Of a DNA stretch of 64,000 nucleotides, positions 37,114 through 49,100 are shown one piece after another. Source of the stretch: Squalus acanthias (taxonomy: Eukaryota); assembly GCA_030390025.1 (NCBI GenBank), contig CM059433.1, positions 26,848,001 to 26,912,000 of the forward strand, read 5' to 3'. Under the pieces are notes generated by a model. That model had not been told where the DNA came from. It did no database searches and saw nothing but the letters and a program-made list of their open reading frames with translations. A program made the position numbers and the translations under genes. Within the stretch, counting starts at the first letter, position 1. Every line of letters starts with the position of its first letter.

Positions 37114-37899
37114 GTGGCCCTGATAATAACTCCGAGGAGGGCTGGGAGTGGTGGGGTCCAGTATCGGGTGGGAAACCCGGAAGTAAGTTCAGCACATCTG
37201 TCTGAGGCATTTTAACGCAGGCACATCATTGTCATTTTACTTCCAGGTTTGGTGTAGATTGCGCTGCCGCGGGCATGGTGCGGACCCACATGATGCGATC
37301 TCAACTCGAGTATTTAAAGGGCCAATCCAAAGATGGAATTTGGAGGTTTGGAGTTGGAAGCAAGAGAGGAAGAACTTGACAATGCGCCTCGCTTCAATGA
37401 CGCCTCCCTTGATGTACTGCTGGGGGCTGTGAGGAGCCAGAGAGAGATACTCTTCCCCAGCAATGGGAGGATGAAACCTGCTGTTGCCACAAAGAACGAG
37501 TGGCTGGAGGTGGCCTAGGAGATTAGCAGCAGGAGCATTGTGCTACACTCCTAGATTCAGTGCAGGAAGCGCTCTAATGACCTAATCAGGTCAGGAAAGA
37601 TGAGTACAGTTGCTCATTGACCTACATCCTGCTATGCGCATCATCCCACACCCTCACTCGGCCTTGTCAAGCCTACTCCATCACATCACTCCTCACATCC
37701 ACTTACCTTGCAAGGGCGCCCATCATTCACTTTCTATGCACTTCCTCACATCTCCATCTATCCATCCACCACTGCCACTCACCCTGATCCTTATGCAATT
37801 TGACGCCTTTCCCTGACAGTCGCCCCCACCAAATGCACTCCATCAAACGAGTGAACACATGCCATTACAGTCACTCAGAGATCTGTTCTTTCTCCCATT

Positions 37900-40800
37900 C
37901 TGTGGGTTATAGTTAATAAAGGCCTTTCTGGTGCAGAGTGACTGTTGGTAAACCATTTAACTGGTGTAATTTAGAGGGATTGATTTAATTTAAATCCAAT
38001 TAATTAGAGGGGATACTAGCATCTATAATCGGGCAGAGAGTGTCCATAACTAATAATAAAATTTTTTAATTAATTACATAGAATGGAGCAGGTGATGTGT
38101 TACTGTTGCGAGATGTGGGAGCCGGTGGACCCCATTGAGGCTCACAGTGATTACATCTGTGACAAGTGTCTGCTGCTACAGGAACTCCAGCTCCGTATTG
38201 ATGAGCTGGAGTCTGAGCTTCAGACACTGCGACACATCAGGGTGGGGGAGAAGTACCTGGGCATTGTGTTTCAGGAGGTGGTCACACCTATGAAGTTAAT
38301 TAATTCAGATGTAGCCCATGGTCAGGGACAGGATGGTGTGACTACGAGTGAGGCAGGTACGGGGATCCAGGAGGTAGTGTTGGAGGAGCCGCAGCCCTTG
38401 CTCTTGTCCAACAGGTTCGAGGTTCTTACTCCCTGTGGGGACAGGAGCAGGGACTGCAGGGAGGAAGAGCAACCTGGCCACAGCACCGTGGAACAGGGGG
38501 CCATTCAAGAGGGGGGAGTAAATAGAAATGTTGTAGTGGTAGGGGATAGTATTATTAGGGGGATAGATAGAGTTCTCTGCAGCCGAGAGCGAGAGTCCCG
38601 TAGGCTGTGTTGCCTGCCCGGTGCCAGGGTTAAGGACATCTCCTCTGGGCTGGAAAGAAACTTGGAGTGGGAGGGGGTGGATCCAGTTGTCGTGGTCCAT
38701 GTTGGTACAAACGACGTAGATAGGACAAGGAAGCAGGTTCTGTTAAAGGAGTATGAGCAGCTAGGGGTCAAATTAAAAAACAGAACCTCAAGGATATTAA
38801 TCTCTGGATTATTACCTGAGCCACAAGCGAATTTGGCTAGGACAAATAAAATTAGAGAGTTAAATGAGTGGCTCAAAGACTGGTGTGGGAGAAATGGGTT
38901 TTGCTTCCTGGGACACTGGCACCAGTACTGGGGCAGGAGGGAGCTGTTCCGTTGGGACGGGCTTCACTTGGCCAGTGCTGGGACTAGAGTCCTGGCGGAT
39001 CATATAACTAGGGCTGTAGAGAGGGCTTTAAACTAACTAGTGGGGGGGAGGTTCCTAGAGAGCAAATAATAAAAATGACAACAGAGAAGGTCATAGACTT
39101 AGGTAGCAGTGGGGAAATTAAAAACCAGAGTGTGTCAGGAAGGGGCAGAAGGTATGGAGTAAAAGGTAAAGTAATAAAAAGGGCAAAAGCTGGAACTAAG
39201 TGTCACAAAACATATTTGAAAGTTCTCTATCTGAATGCACGTAGCATTCGTAACAAAATAGATGAGTTAATGGCACAAATAACTACATATGGGTATGATC
39301 TTGTGGCCATTACAGAAACATGGCTGCAGGGTGACAATGCCTGGGAATTAAACATACCAGGTTATTTAACGATCAGGAAGGACAGGCAGGAAGGAAGGGG
39401 AGGTGGGGTGGCTATGTTAATAAAGGAAGGAATCACTGTAATACAGAGAAATGATATTGGGTCAAAAGATCAGGATAATGAAACAGTTTGGGTGGAGATA
39501 AGGAATAATAAGTGGAAAAAAAATTAGTGGGCGTAGTCTATAGGCCTCCGAACAGTTGCAACTCTGTTGGATGGAGTATCAATCAGGAAATAGATGAGGC
39601 TTGTAATAAGGGAACATCTTTAATTATGGGGGATTTTAACTATCATATTAATTGGACAAATCAAATTGGGCAGGGCTGCCTTGAAGATGAGTTCATTGAG
39701 TGTATTAGGGATGGGTTTCTTGAGCAGTATGTAACTTAACTGACCAGGGGGCAAGCAACCTTAGATCTGGTCCTGTGTAACGAGACAGGATTAATTAAAA
39801 ATGTCCTAGTAAAGGATCCCCTTGGAATGAGTGACCATAACATGGTTGAATTCCATATTCAATTAGAGGGTGAGAAGGTTGGATCTCAAACAAGCATGCT
39901 AAGCTTGAATAAAGGAGACTATGAAGGTATGCGAGCAGAATTGAGTAGAGTGGATTGGGAAAATAGATTAAAGGGTAAGACGATACATGATCAGTGGTGT
40001 ACATTTAAGGAGTTATTTTACAACTTCCAAAAAATATATATTCCACTGAGAAGAAAAGGGTGTAAAAGAAAAGACAGTCATCCATGGCTAAGTAAAGAAA
40101 TTAAGGATAATATTCGACTAAAAACAAGGGCATTTAAGGTAGCCAAATCTAGTGGGAGGATAGAGGATTGGGAAAACTTTAAAAGACAGCAAAAAATAAC
40201 AAAAGGATTGATTAAGAAAGGGAAGATAGATTATGAAAGTAAATTAGCAAAAAATATAAAAACAGATAGTAAGAGTTTCTATAGTTATATAAAAAGAAAA
40301 AGGGTGGCTAAAGTAAATGTTGGTCCCTTAGAGGATGAGACCGGGAAATTAATGGTGGGAAATATGGAGATGGCAAATACACTGAATGAATATTTTGTAT
40401 CAGTATTTACAGTAGAGGACACTAAGAATATCCCAACACTGGACAAACAGGGGGCTATGGGGGGGAGGAGCTAAACACGATCAAAATCACTAAGGAAGTG
40501 GTACTCGGTAAAATAATGGGACTCAAGGCGAATAAATCACCTGGACCTGATGGCTTACATCCTAGGGTCTTGAGGGAAGTGGCGGTAGGGATTGTGGATG
40601 CATTGGTAATAATTTTCCAAAACTCCCTGGACTCAGCAAAGATCCCGGCAGACTGGAAAACTGCTAATGTAACACCCTTATTTAAAAAGGGCAGTAGACA
40701 GAAGGCTGGAAACTATAGACCGGTTAGCCTAACATCTGTGGTAGGTAAAATTTTGGAGTCCATTATTAAGCAGACAGTAACGGGACATTTGGATAATCAT

Positions 40801-42255
40801 AATTTAATAGGACAAAGTCAGCATGGTTTTATGAAGGGGAAGTCATGTTTGACAAATTTGCTGGAGTTCTTTGAGGAAGTAACACACAGGGTGGATAAAG
40901 GGGAACCAGTGGATGTGGTGTATTTATACTTCCAAAAGGCATTTGACAAGGTGCCACACAAAAGATTATTGCTTAAGATAAAAAATCACGGGATTGGGGG
41001 TAATATTCTGGCATGGATAGAGGATTGGCTATCTAACAGAAGGCAGAGAGTTGGGATAAATGGGTCATTCTCAGACTGGCAATCAGTAACTAGTGGTGTT
41101 CCGCAGGGGTCACTGCTGGGTCCCCAACTCTTTACAATCTATATTAACGATTTGGAGGAGGGGACCAAGTGTAACATATCAAAGTTTGCAGATGATACTA
41201 AGATGGGAGGGAAAGTAGTGAGTGAGGAGGACATAAAAAATCTGCAAGGGGACATAGACAGGCTAAGTAAGTGGGCAGAGATTTGGCAGATGGAATACAA
41301 TACTGGAAAGTGTGAGGTTATGCACTTTGGCAGGAAAAATAGTAGAGCAAGTTATTATCTAAATGGCAAGAAACTGGAAAGTACTGAAGTACAAAGGGAT
41401 CTGGGGGTCCTGGTGCACGAAACTCAAAAGGTTAGTATGCAGGTGCAGCAAGTGATTAAGAAGGCCAATGGAATGTTGGCTTTCATTGCTAAGGGGATAG
41501 AATATAAAAATAGGGAGGTATTGCTTCAGTTGTACAAGGTATTGGTGAGACCGCACCTGGAATACTGCATACAGTTTTGGTGTCCATACTTAAGAAAAGA
41601 CATACTTGCTCTCGAGTCAGTACAAAGAAGGTTCACTCGGTTAATCCCGGGGATGAGGGGATGGACATATGAGGAGAGGTTGGGTAGATTGGGACTCTAC
41701 TCATTGGAGTTCAGAAGAATGAGAGGCGATCTTATTGAAACATATAAGATTGTGAAGGGGTTGGATCGGGTGGATGCGGGGAGGATGTTCCCGATGATGG
41801 GTGAAACTAGAACTAGGGGGCATAGTCTTAGAATAAGGGGCTGCTCTTTCAAAACTGAGATGAGAAGGAACTATTTCACTCAGAGGGTGGTAGGTCCATG
41901 GAATATGCTGCCCCAAAAAGCTGTAGAAGCTACATCATTACATAAATTTAAAACAGAAATAGACAGTTTCCTAGAAGTAAAGGGAATTAAGGGTTACGGG
42001 GAGCGGGCAGGAATTTGGACATGAGTCTAGGTTCGGATCGGTCATGGCCCTGTGGGTAGCGTAGCAGGCCCAGGGGCCGTGTAGCCTGATTCTGCTCCTA
42101 TTTCGTGTGTCCAATTCTGTTAGGTTCAGGAGATGGTTCTGTGATAGCAGATTGGCGGTTAGGATCAGATCAGCCATGATCTTATTGAATGGCGGAGCAG
42201 GCTCGAGGGGCCAATTGGCCTACTCCTGCTCCTATTTCTTATGTTCTTATGTTAT
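37900..42255 (+). mobile_element. Near full-length CR1 LINE with intact ORF1 and disrupted ORF2
   Basis: ORF2 pieces 39075-42024 (YLNARS, YRPP, GDFN, SDH, FADDTK) with frameshifts and stops; (TCTTATGT)n tail at ~42240. Confidence 0.95.
38083..39036 (+). CDS. CR1 ORF1 protein (Cys-rich, coiled coil, SGNH/GDSL esterase-like), 317 aa
   Basis: Uninterrupted ORF with CYCC..CDKC, heptad leucines, GDSIIRG, HVGTND and DGLHL. Confidence 0.85.
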   Translation: MEQVMCYCCEMWEPVDPIEAHSDYICDKCLLLQELQLRIDELESELQTLRHIRVGEKYLGIVFQEVVTPMKLINSDVAHGQGQDGVTTSEAGTGIQEVVLEEPQPLLLSNRFEVLTPCGDRSRDCREEEQPGHSTVEQGAIQEGGVNRNVVVVGDSIIRGIDRVLCSRERESRRLCCLPGARVKDISSGLERNLEWEGVDPVVVVHVGTNDVDRTRKQVLLKEYEQLGVKLKNRTSRILISGLLPEPQANLARTNKIRELNEWLKDWCGRNGFCFLGHWHQYWGRRELFRWDGLHLASAGTRVLADHITRAVERALN

Positions 42256-43699
42256 GTAAAACGCAAGGGAGATAGAGAGGTGGTCCTCCACAGATCTCAC
42301 AACTGACAGCTGCAGAGGAGGAAGCGCTGGAGATCAGTGGCATCTCGGCATCACTGGCCATCGGAGATGGGGACCTCCCAACTACCTGATGACAGAATGA
42401 AATATAATGCACACACGTGTCATACAACATTCAGTCATGTTAAATTGATTTCAGCAGCGAGTGAAATATGATCATCTTCATAATGATAAGTTGCAACATT
42501 CTTGCATTGCCAGTACTAATTTACATTTTTTCTCTCCGACAGGGCTTTCAAGTGTGCAGCAGGAGTCCATGGACCTTGCGAATGATGATTCCTCAGAGGA
42601 GCTGATTCCTTCTGAGGGTGCACCGCCACATGACTCATGCTTACCACGCACCAGCGTATATATGTGCACTTCGGTGGGACCAGTTAGACAGATAGTTGGG
42701 TTTTCATCTGGTGACTCACACTTCACAAGTGAGCAAGAGCAGACAGTGACAGGGACAGCAGTGGAGAGTCCACGTCAGAGGGAACAGGCCTATCCAAGCT
42801 CTGCACAGCTGAACCCTAGGAGCCGTCATTGAAAAGGATAATCATTGAGGAACACCAGAAAATGTGTGATATACTGACAGGCCTTCCAAGCACACTGTCC
42901 ACGATTGTAGAGACAAGGGAGGAGTCCGCCTCAACCATGAGTGGGCTGATGTCACAGTACATTGAGACCATATCTTCTTCCATGGATAGAATGGCCAACT
43001 CTGTGGAACACTAGCACTTCATATTGGAAAATTTTAGCAATGAATTGCTATCTGTGTGCACTTTTTTCCCCATGATGGGAAATTATTATTGCAGAATTCC
43101 CCACTGACCCCTTTTCCAAGGATTACTATAAACCTTGTTCTGTAGTCTCGTCCTTTCAAAATAACTATAAGTTGTAAAAGTAGACTATTTTGTGACTGAC
43201 ATCAGAAGGTGCCATTTATAATAATTTGTGTTCTTTTTAGATTTAAATGTGTGACGAGATGGTGAAATACAGGCCGACGCGAAGTTTGAAAGATAAGTCA
43301 GTCTGCCTTGTGTTTCTGATGTGCGTTTATCTTAAAGCTACCAATTCAGTAAGTTCCATGTGGATAAAGGGAATTCAACCCAGGAAGACAAAACATAGTT
43401 GCATTTTACAATTGGTACCTCCTTTCGATCCAAATCCATCAATGTTTGGGCGGATAAGGTAAAGGTGTCAGTGATCTATATTGTGAGCAACTTTGCCTTT
43501 TTCACTATCATTTTGGGGAAAAGGAACAGCTCATTTCTAAATAAATATTTTATTGTTCCAAACTGTGATACCTGCTTTTAAGTCATCGAACTCGCGCATA
43601 GAAATGGGCAAGAAGTAATTACTTTGAGAGAGGCACCATAATGGAGGCCGCAGGCTCGAGACTACCTTGCGGAGAAGCTCCGTGGGTTCAGGAGTTACA

Positions 43700-44232
43700 T
43701 AATAAGAACATAAGAACTAGGAGCAGGAGTAGGTCATTCGGCCCCTCGAACCTGCTCCACCATTCAATAAGATCATGGCTGATCTGATCTTGGCCTCAAC
43801 TCCACTTCCCTGCCTGCTCTCCATAACCCTTCACTCCCTTATCGTTCAAAAATCTGTCTATCTCAGCCTTGAATATATTCAATGACCCAGCCTCCACAGC
43901 TCTCTGGGGAAGAGAATTCCAAAGATTCACGACCCTCTGAGAGAAGAAATTCCTCCTCATTTCCAATTTAAATGGGTGCCCCCTTATTCTGAAACTATGC
44001 CCGCTAGTTCTAGATTCCCCCACGAGGGGAAACATCCTCCCTGCACCTACCCTGTCAAGCCCCTTCAGAATCTTATATGTTTCAATAAGATCCCCTCTCA
44101 TTCTTCTAAACTCCAATGAGTATAGGCCCAACCTGCTCAACCTTTCTTCATGAGACAACCCCTTCATCTCCGGAATCAACCTCGTGAACCTTCTCTGAAC
44201 TGCCTCCAATGCAAGTATATCCTACCTTAAAG
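43700..44232 (-). mobile_element. CR1 3' fragment
   Basis: ORF 43796..44209: RRMRGDLIETYKI...QRVVNLWNSLP; tail at 43700. Confidence 0.92.
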
Positions 44233-44654
44233 AGTTATTAAAGTATTTGTTTCAATGTTCACATTTTTAGTGCAATTTTGCTTTTATTACCGATTTTTCC
44301 CCCACTGATACTTCAGTTTTAATTTCAGAAAAAGTCAAGGGCCCAATTGTGCTTTGTTCCTTGAGGTAAGTTATTTTGAACGTCCCTGAAATACAGAATT
44401 TTGTGGTTTTAAGTGGTGCAGATTGAAAGAAGGCAGGAGGTGGAGATCAGGTCTGTGCCACACCTGCCTATCAATGACCAAGAACAACTCTCTCCATTTC
44501 AATATGGGTCAGTTGCAGACCTTTGCCATATGAAGCCAGCACATCTGCAGAGGTAGGCACTGTCCTCCATTCTTAGGCATGCGGCTCATTGCCAGCTAGC
44601 ACTGCAATATCAGCTAATATGATGCTCACAGATCCAATAGATGTCTGATGCATC

Positions 44655-45195
44655 AGGTGTCAACTGTAACTAAGTTGGTAGCACACTTGCCTCTGCATCA
44701 GAAGGTTGTGGGTTCAAGTCCCACTCCAGAGACTTGAGCACAAATATCTAGGCTGACACTTCCAGTGCAGTGCTGAGGGAGTGCTGCACTGTCGGAGGTG
44801 GCGTCTTTCAGATGAGACGTTAAACTGAGGCCTCGTCTGCTTTCTCAGGTGGATGTAAAAGATCCCATGGCAGTATTTTGAAGAAGAGCAGCGGAGTTCT
44901 CCCCAGTGTCCTGGCCAATATTTATCCCTCAACCAACATCACTTAAAAAAAACCAAATTCATTTGGTTATTTATCTCATTGCTGATTGTGGGAATTTGCT
45001 GTGTGCAAATTGGCTGCCGTGTATCCCTACATTACAAGTTACTGCACTTCAAACAGGTCATCGAGCTGAAACATAAAATTTTGTTTCTCTCTCCACAGAT
45101 GCTGCCTGACCTGCTGAGTATTTCCAGCATTTTCTGGTTTTATTTCAAAAAGTACGTAATTAGCTGCAAAGTGCTTTGGAACATCCTGAAGTCAT
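44655..45195 (+). mobile_element. Deu-domain SINE containing a short Penelope terminal-repeat fragment (45054-45143)
   Basis: SINE homologous to the 5358 copy; insert matches the reverse complement of 30425-30515 and is flanked by TTCAAA on both sides. Confidence 0.8.
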
Positions 45196-45918
45196 AGATC
45201 TGAGTGTGAGTGTATTTGCGTCAGATTGTTCATCTGTGTGGATTTCTGTCTTTTACGTTTTTTTGAAGCGTAAAAACATTAATAACTTTTAACTCGCCTT
45301 TTACCCTCAATCGCATTATACAATCCAATAACTGAAGTGTAAAAGAGTCTGGAGATATTCATGATGCTTGTGTTAAAGGAGGCACAGTAACACAGGCAGG
45401 GGATGGCGGGAGATTTTTGTCTTTTGCTGCCGATCATTTTATAGACATTTCACAAACACAAATGTGAACTACCACAGTGCGAGAAAGCCCCGAAACATTT
45501 TTTATTGCAGCCCAGAGATTCTTGTACAGCTTCAGTGCTCCATTGATACAAAAGCTGTTTACGCCTGTCAGCCAATTCTCTCACATATAAATCTAAGCAA
45601 TGAATGAAGCAGATACTTTCCAGCGATGGGATTTGTTCGAGGCATTGCACCTGAACAATTAACGTTGAATCTGAGCGCTTTCAGCCATTAAATTTACAAA
45701 AACAAAAGAGCTCAGACATCAATCCGATCTCAGCAGCAGGAACTGCAACCGGTGAAACAAAACCTCCCAAAAGACAAGTTGGTGACGACTTCAGTGTTCA
45801 GGGAGTAAATCATCACTCGAACTGACTTTAAGGCTGCATCTCCCGCGCCAATTTCCCTTCAATGTACATCGGTTTCGGGCACTGTTCTTTTGTCAAGGTG
45901 CCAATGTGACCAGGTTCT

Positions 45919-45992
45919 GCCCTTGCATATTGGTTTGACCAGACGGCCCTTGCATACTGGTTTGACCAGACGGCCCTTGCATACTGGTTTGA
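45919..45992. repeat. 27-bp tandem repeat, about 2.7 copies
   Basis: GCCCTTGCATAYTGGTTTGACCAGACG repeated head to tail. Confidence 0.9.
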
Positions 45993-46140
45993 GTCTGCAT
46001 TAGCTACAGTGTGAAGCTACAATTTAAAAAGGTCCCATAACACATTCTAAAAAAGTGTTCCCCAGTTTGGCCACCTGTGTTACCTCTATTGAAGTCGATC
46101 ATGGGATAGCTAAATCACCCTATATTATTGACTTGCTGCT

Positions 46141-49100
46141 CTTTTTTTTTATTCGTTCATGGGATGTGGGCATCGCTGGCAAGGCCAGCATTTATTGCCC
46201 ATCCCTAGTTGCCCTTGAGAAGGTGGTGGCGAGCCGCCTTCTTGAACCGCTGCAGTCCGTGTGGTGAAGATACTCCCACAGTGCTGTTAGGGAGGGAGTT
46301 CCTGGATTTTGACCCAGCGACGATGAAGGATCGGCGATATACTTCCAAGTCAGGATGGTGGGTGACTTGGAGGGGAACTTGGAGGTGGTGGTGTTCCCAT
46401 GCACCTGCTGCTCTTGTCCTGCTAGGTAGTAGAGGTCACAGGTTTGAGAGGTGCTGCCGAAGAAGCCTTGGCGAGTTGCTGCAGTGCATCTTGTAGATGG
46501 TACACACTGCAGCCACGGTACGCTGGTGGTGCAGGGAGTGAATGTTTAAGCTGGTGGATGGGGTGCCAATCAAGCGGGCTGCTTTGTCTTGGATGGTGTC
46601 GAGCTTCTTGAGTGTTGTTGGAGCTGCACTCATCCAGGCAAGTGGAGAGTATTCCATCACACTCCTGACTTGTGCCTTGTAGATGGTGGAAAGGCTTTGG
46701 GGAGTCAGGAGGTGAGACACTCGCCGCAGAATACCCAGCCTCTGACCTGCTCTTATTGCCACAGTATTTATGTGGCTGGTCCAATTAAGTTTCTGGTCAA
46801 TGGTGACCCTCAGGATATTGATGGTGGGGGATTCGGCGATGGTAATGCCGTTGAATGTCAAGGGGCGGTGGTTAGACGCTCGCTTGTGGAGATAGTCATT
46901 GCCTGGCATTTGTGTGGCATGAATGTTTTCTGCCACTGTCGTCCAGGTCTTGTTGCATGCGGGCATGGACTGCTTCATTATCTGAGGGGTTGCAAATGGC
47001 ACTGAACACTGTGCAGTCATCAGCGAACATCTCCATTTCTGACCTTATGATGGAGGGAAGTGCTCTGAGGAACACCTGTAGCGATGTCCTGCGGCTGTGA
47101 TGATTGACCTCCAACCACCACAACCATCTTCTTTTGTGCTAGGAATGACTCCAGCCAGTGGAGAGTTTTCCCCCGATTCCCATTGACTTCAGTTTTACTA
47201 GGGCTCCTTGATGCCACACTAGGTCAAATGCTGTCTTGATGTCAAGGGCAGTCACTCTCACCTCACCTCAGGAATTCAGCTCTTTTGTCCATGTTTGGAC
47301 CAAGGCTGTAATGAGGTCGGGAGCCGAGTGGTCTTGGCGGAACCACAACTGGGCATCAGTGAGCAGGTTATTGGTGAGTAAGTGCTGCTTGATAGCACTG
47401 TCGATGACACCTTCCATCACTTTGCTGATGATTGAGAGTAGACTGATGGAGCGGTAATTGGCCGGATTGAATTTGTCCTGCTTTTTGTGGACAGGACATA
47501 CCTGGGCAGTTTTCCACATTGTCAGATAGATGCCAGGGTTATAGTTGTACTGGAACAGCATGGCTAGGGGCGCAGATATTTCTGGAACACAAGTCTTCAG
47601 CACGATAGCCGGGATGTTGTCGGGGCCCGCAGTATCCAGTGCGCTCAGCCATTTCTTGATATCACGTGGAGTGAATCGAATTGGCTGAAGACTGGCTTCT
47701 GTGGTGGTGGGGACCTCAGGAGGAGGCCGATATGGATCATCCACTCGGCACTTCTGGCTGAAGATTGCTGCAAACGCTTCAGCCTTGTCTTTTGCACTCA
47801 TGTGCTAGGCTTCACCATCATTGAGGATGGGGGATATTCATGGAGCCTCCTCCTCCCATTAGTTGTTTAATGGTCCACCATCATTCACAACTGGATGTGG
47901 CAGGACTGCAGAGCTTTGATCTGATCCGTTGATTGTGGGATTGCTTAGCCCTGTCTATAGCATGCTGCTTCCACTTTTTAGCATGCATGTAGTCCTGTGT
48001 TGCAGCTTCCCCAGGTTGGCACCTCAGTTTTAGGTACGCCTGGTGCTGCTTCTGGCATGCTCTTCTACACTCCTTATTGAACCAGAGTTAGTCACCTGGC
48101 TTCATGGTAATGGTAGAGTGAGGGATATGCTGGGCCATGAGGTTACAGATTGTAGTGGAATACAATTCTGCCACTGCTGATGGCCCACAGCGCCTCATGG
48201 ATGCCCAGTTTTAAGCTTCTGGATCTGTTCTGAATCTATCCCATTTAGCACGGTGGTAGTGCCACACATAAGAACATAAGAAATAGGAGCAGGAGTAGGC
48301 CATTTCGCCCTTCAAGCCTGCTCCGCCATTCAATAAGATCATGGCTGATCTTCTACCTCATCTCCACTTTCCTGCACTATCCCCATATCCCTTGATTCCC
48401 TTAATATTCAAAAATCTATCAACCTCTGTCTTGAATATACTCAACGACTGAGCCTCCACAGCCCTCAGGGGTAGAGAATTCCAAAGATTCGCCACCCTCT
48501 GAGTGAAGAAATTTCTCCTCATCTCAGTCCTAAATGGCCGACCCCTTATTTTGAGACTGTGACCCCTGGTTCTAGACTCCCCAGCCAGGGGAAACATCCT
48601 CCCTGCATCTACCCTGTCAAACCCTGTAAGAATTTTGTATGTTTCAATGAGATCACCTCCCATTCTTTTAAACTCTGGAGAATATAGGCCTACTCTACTC
48701 AATCTCTCCTCATAGGACAATCCCCCCACCCCAGGAACCAGTCTGGTGAACCTTCGTTGCACTCCCTCTATGGCAAGTATATCCTTCCTTAGGTAAGGAG
48801 ACCAAAACTGTACACAATATTCCAGGTGTGGTCTCACCAGGGCCCGATATAATTGCAGTAAGACATCTTTACTCTTATACTCAAATCCTCTTGTAATAAC
48901 GGCCAACATACCATTTGCTTTCCTAATTGCTTGCTGTACCTGCATGTTAACTTCCAGTGATTCGTGTACAAGGACACCCAGGTCCCTCTGAACACCAACC
49001 AACATTCCCCAATCTCTCACCATTTAGAAAAAACTCTGCTTTTCTATTTTTCCTACCAAAGTGAATAACTTCACATTTCTCCAGATTATATCCCATTTGC

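Larger units (their letters stand above)
37116..43015 (+). mobile_element. Harbinger remnant (Myb/SANT-like gene) interrupted by a CR1 at ~37900-42255
   Basis: APRFNDASLDVLLGAV...EWLEVA...QCRKRSNDL at 37380-37600; continues after the CR1 with GGPPQISQLTAAEEEALEI at ~42280. Confidence 0.8.

Noticed and set aside
40498..42024. 508-aa open RT frame as a host gene or active element
   Set aside because: It is the 3' part of a CR1 ORF2 whose upstream part has frameshifts and stops.
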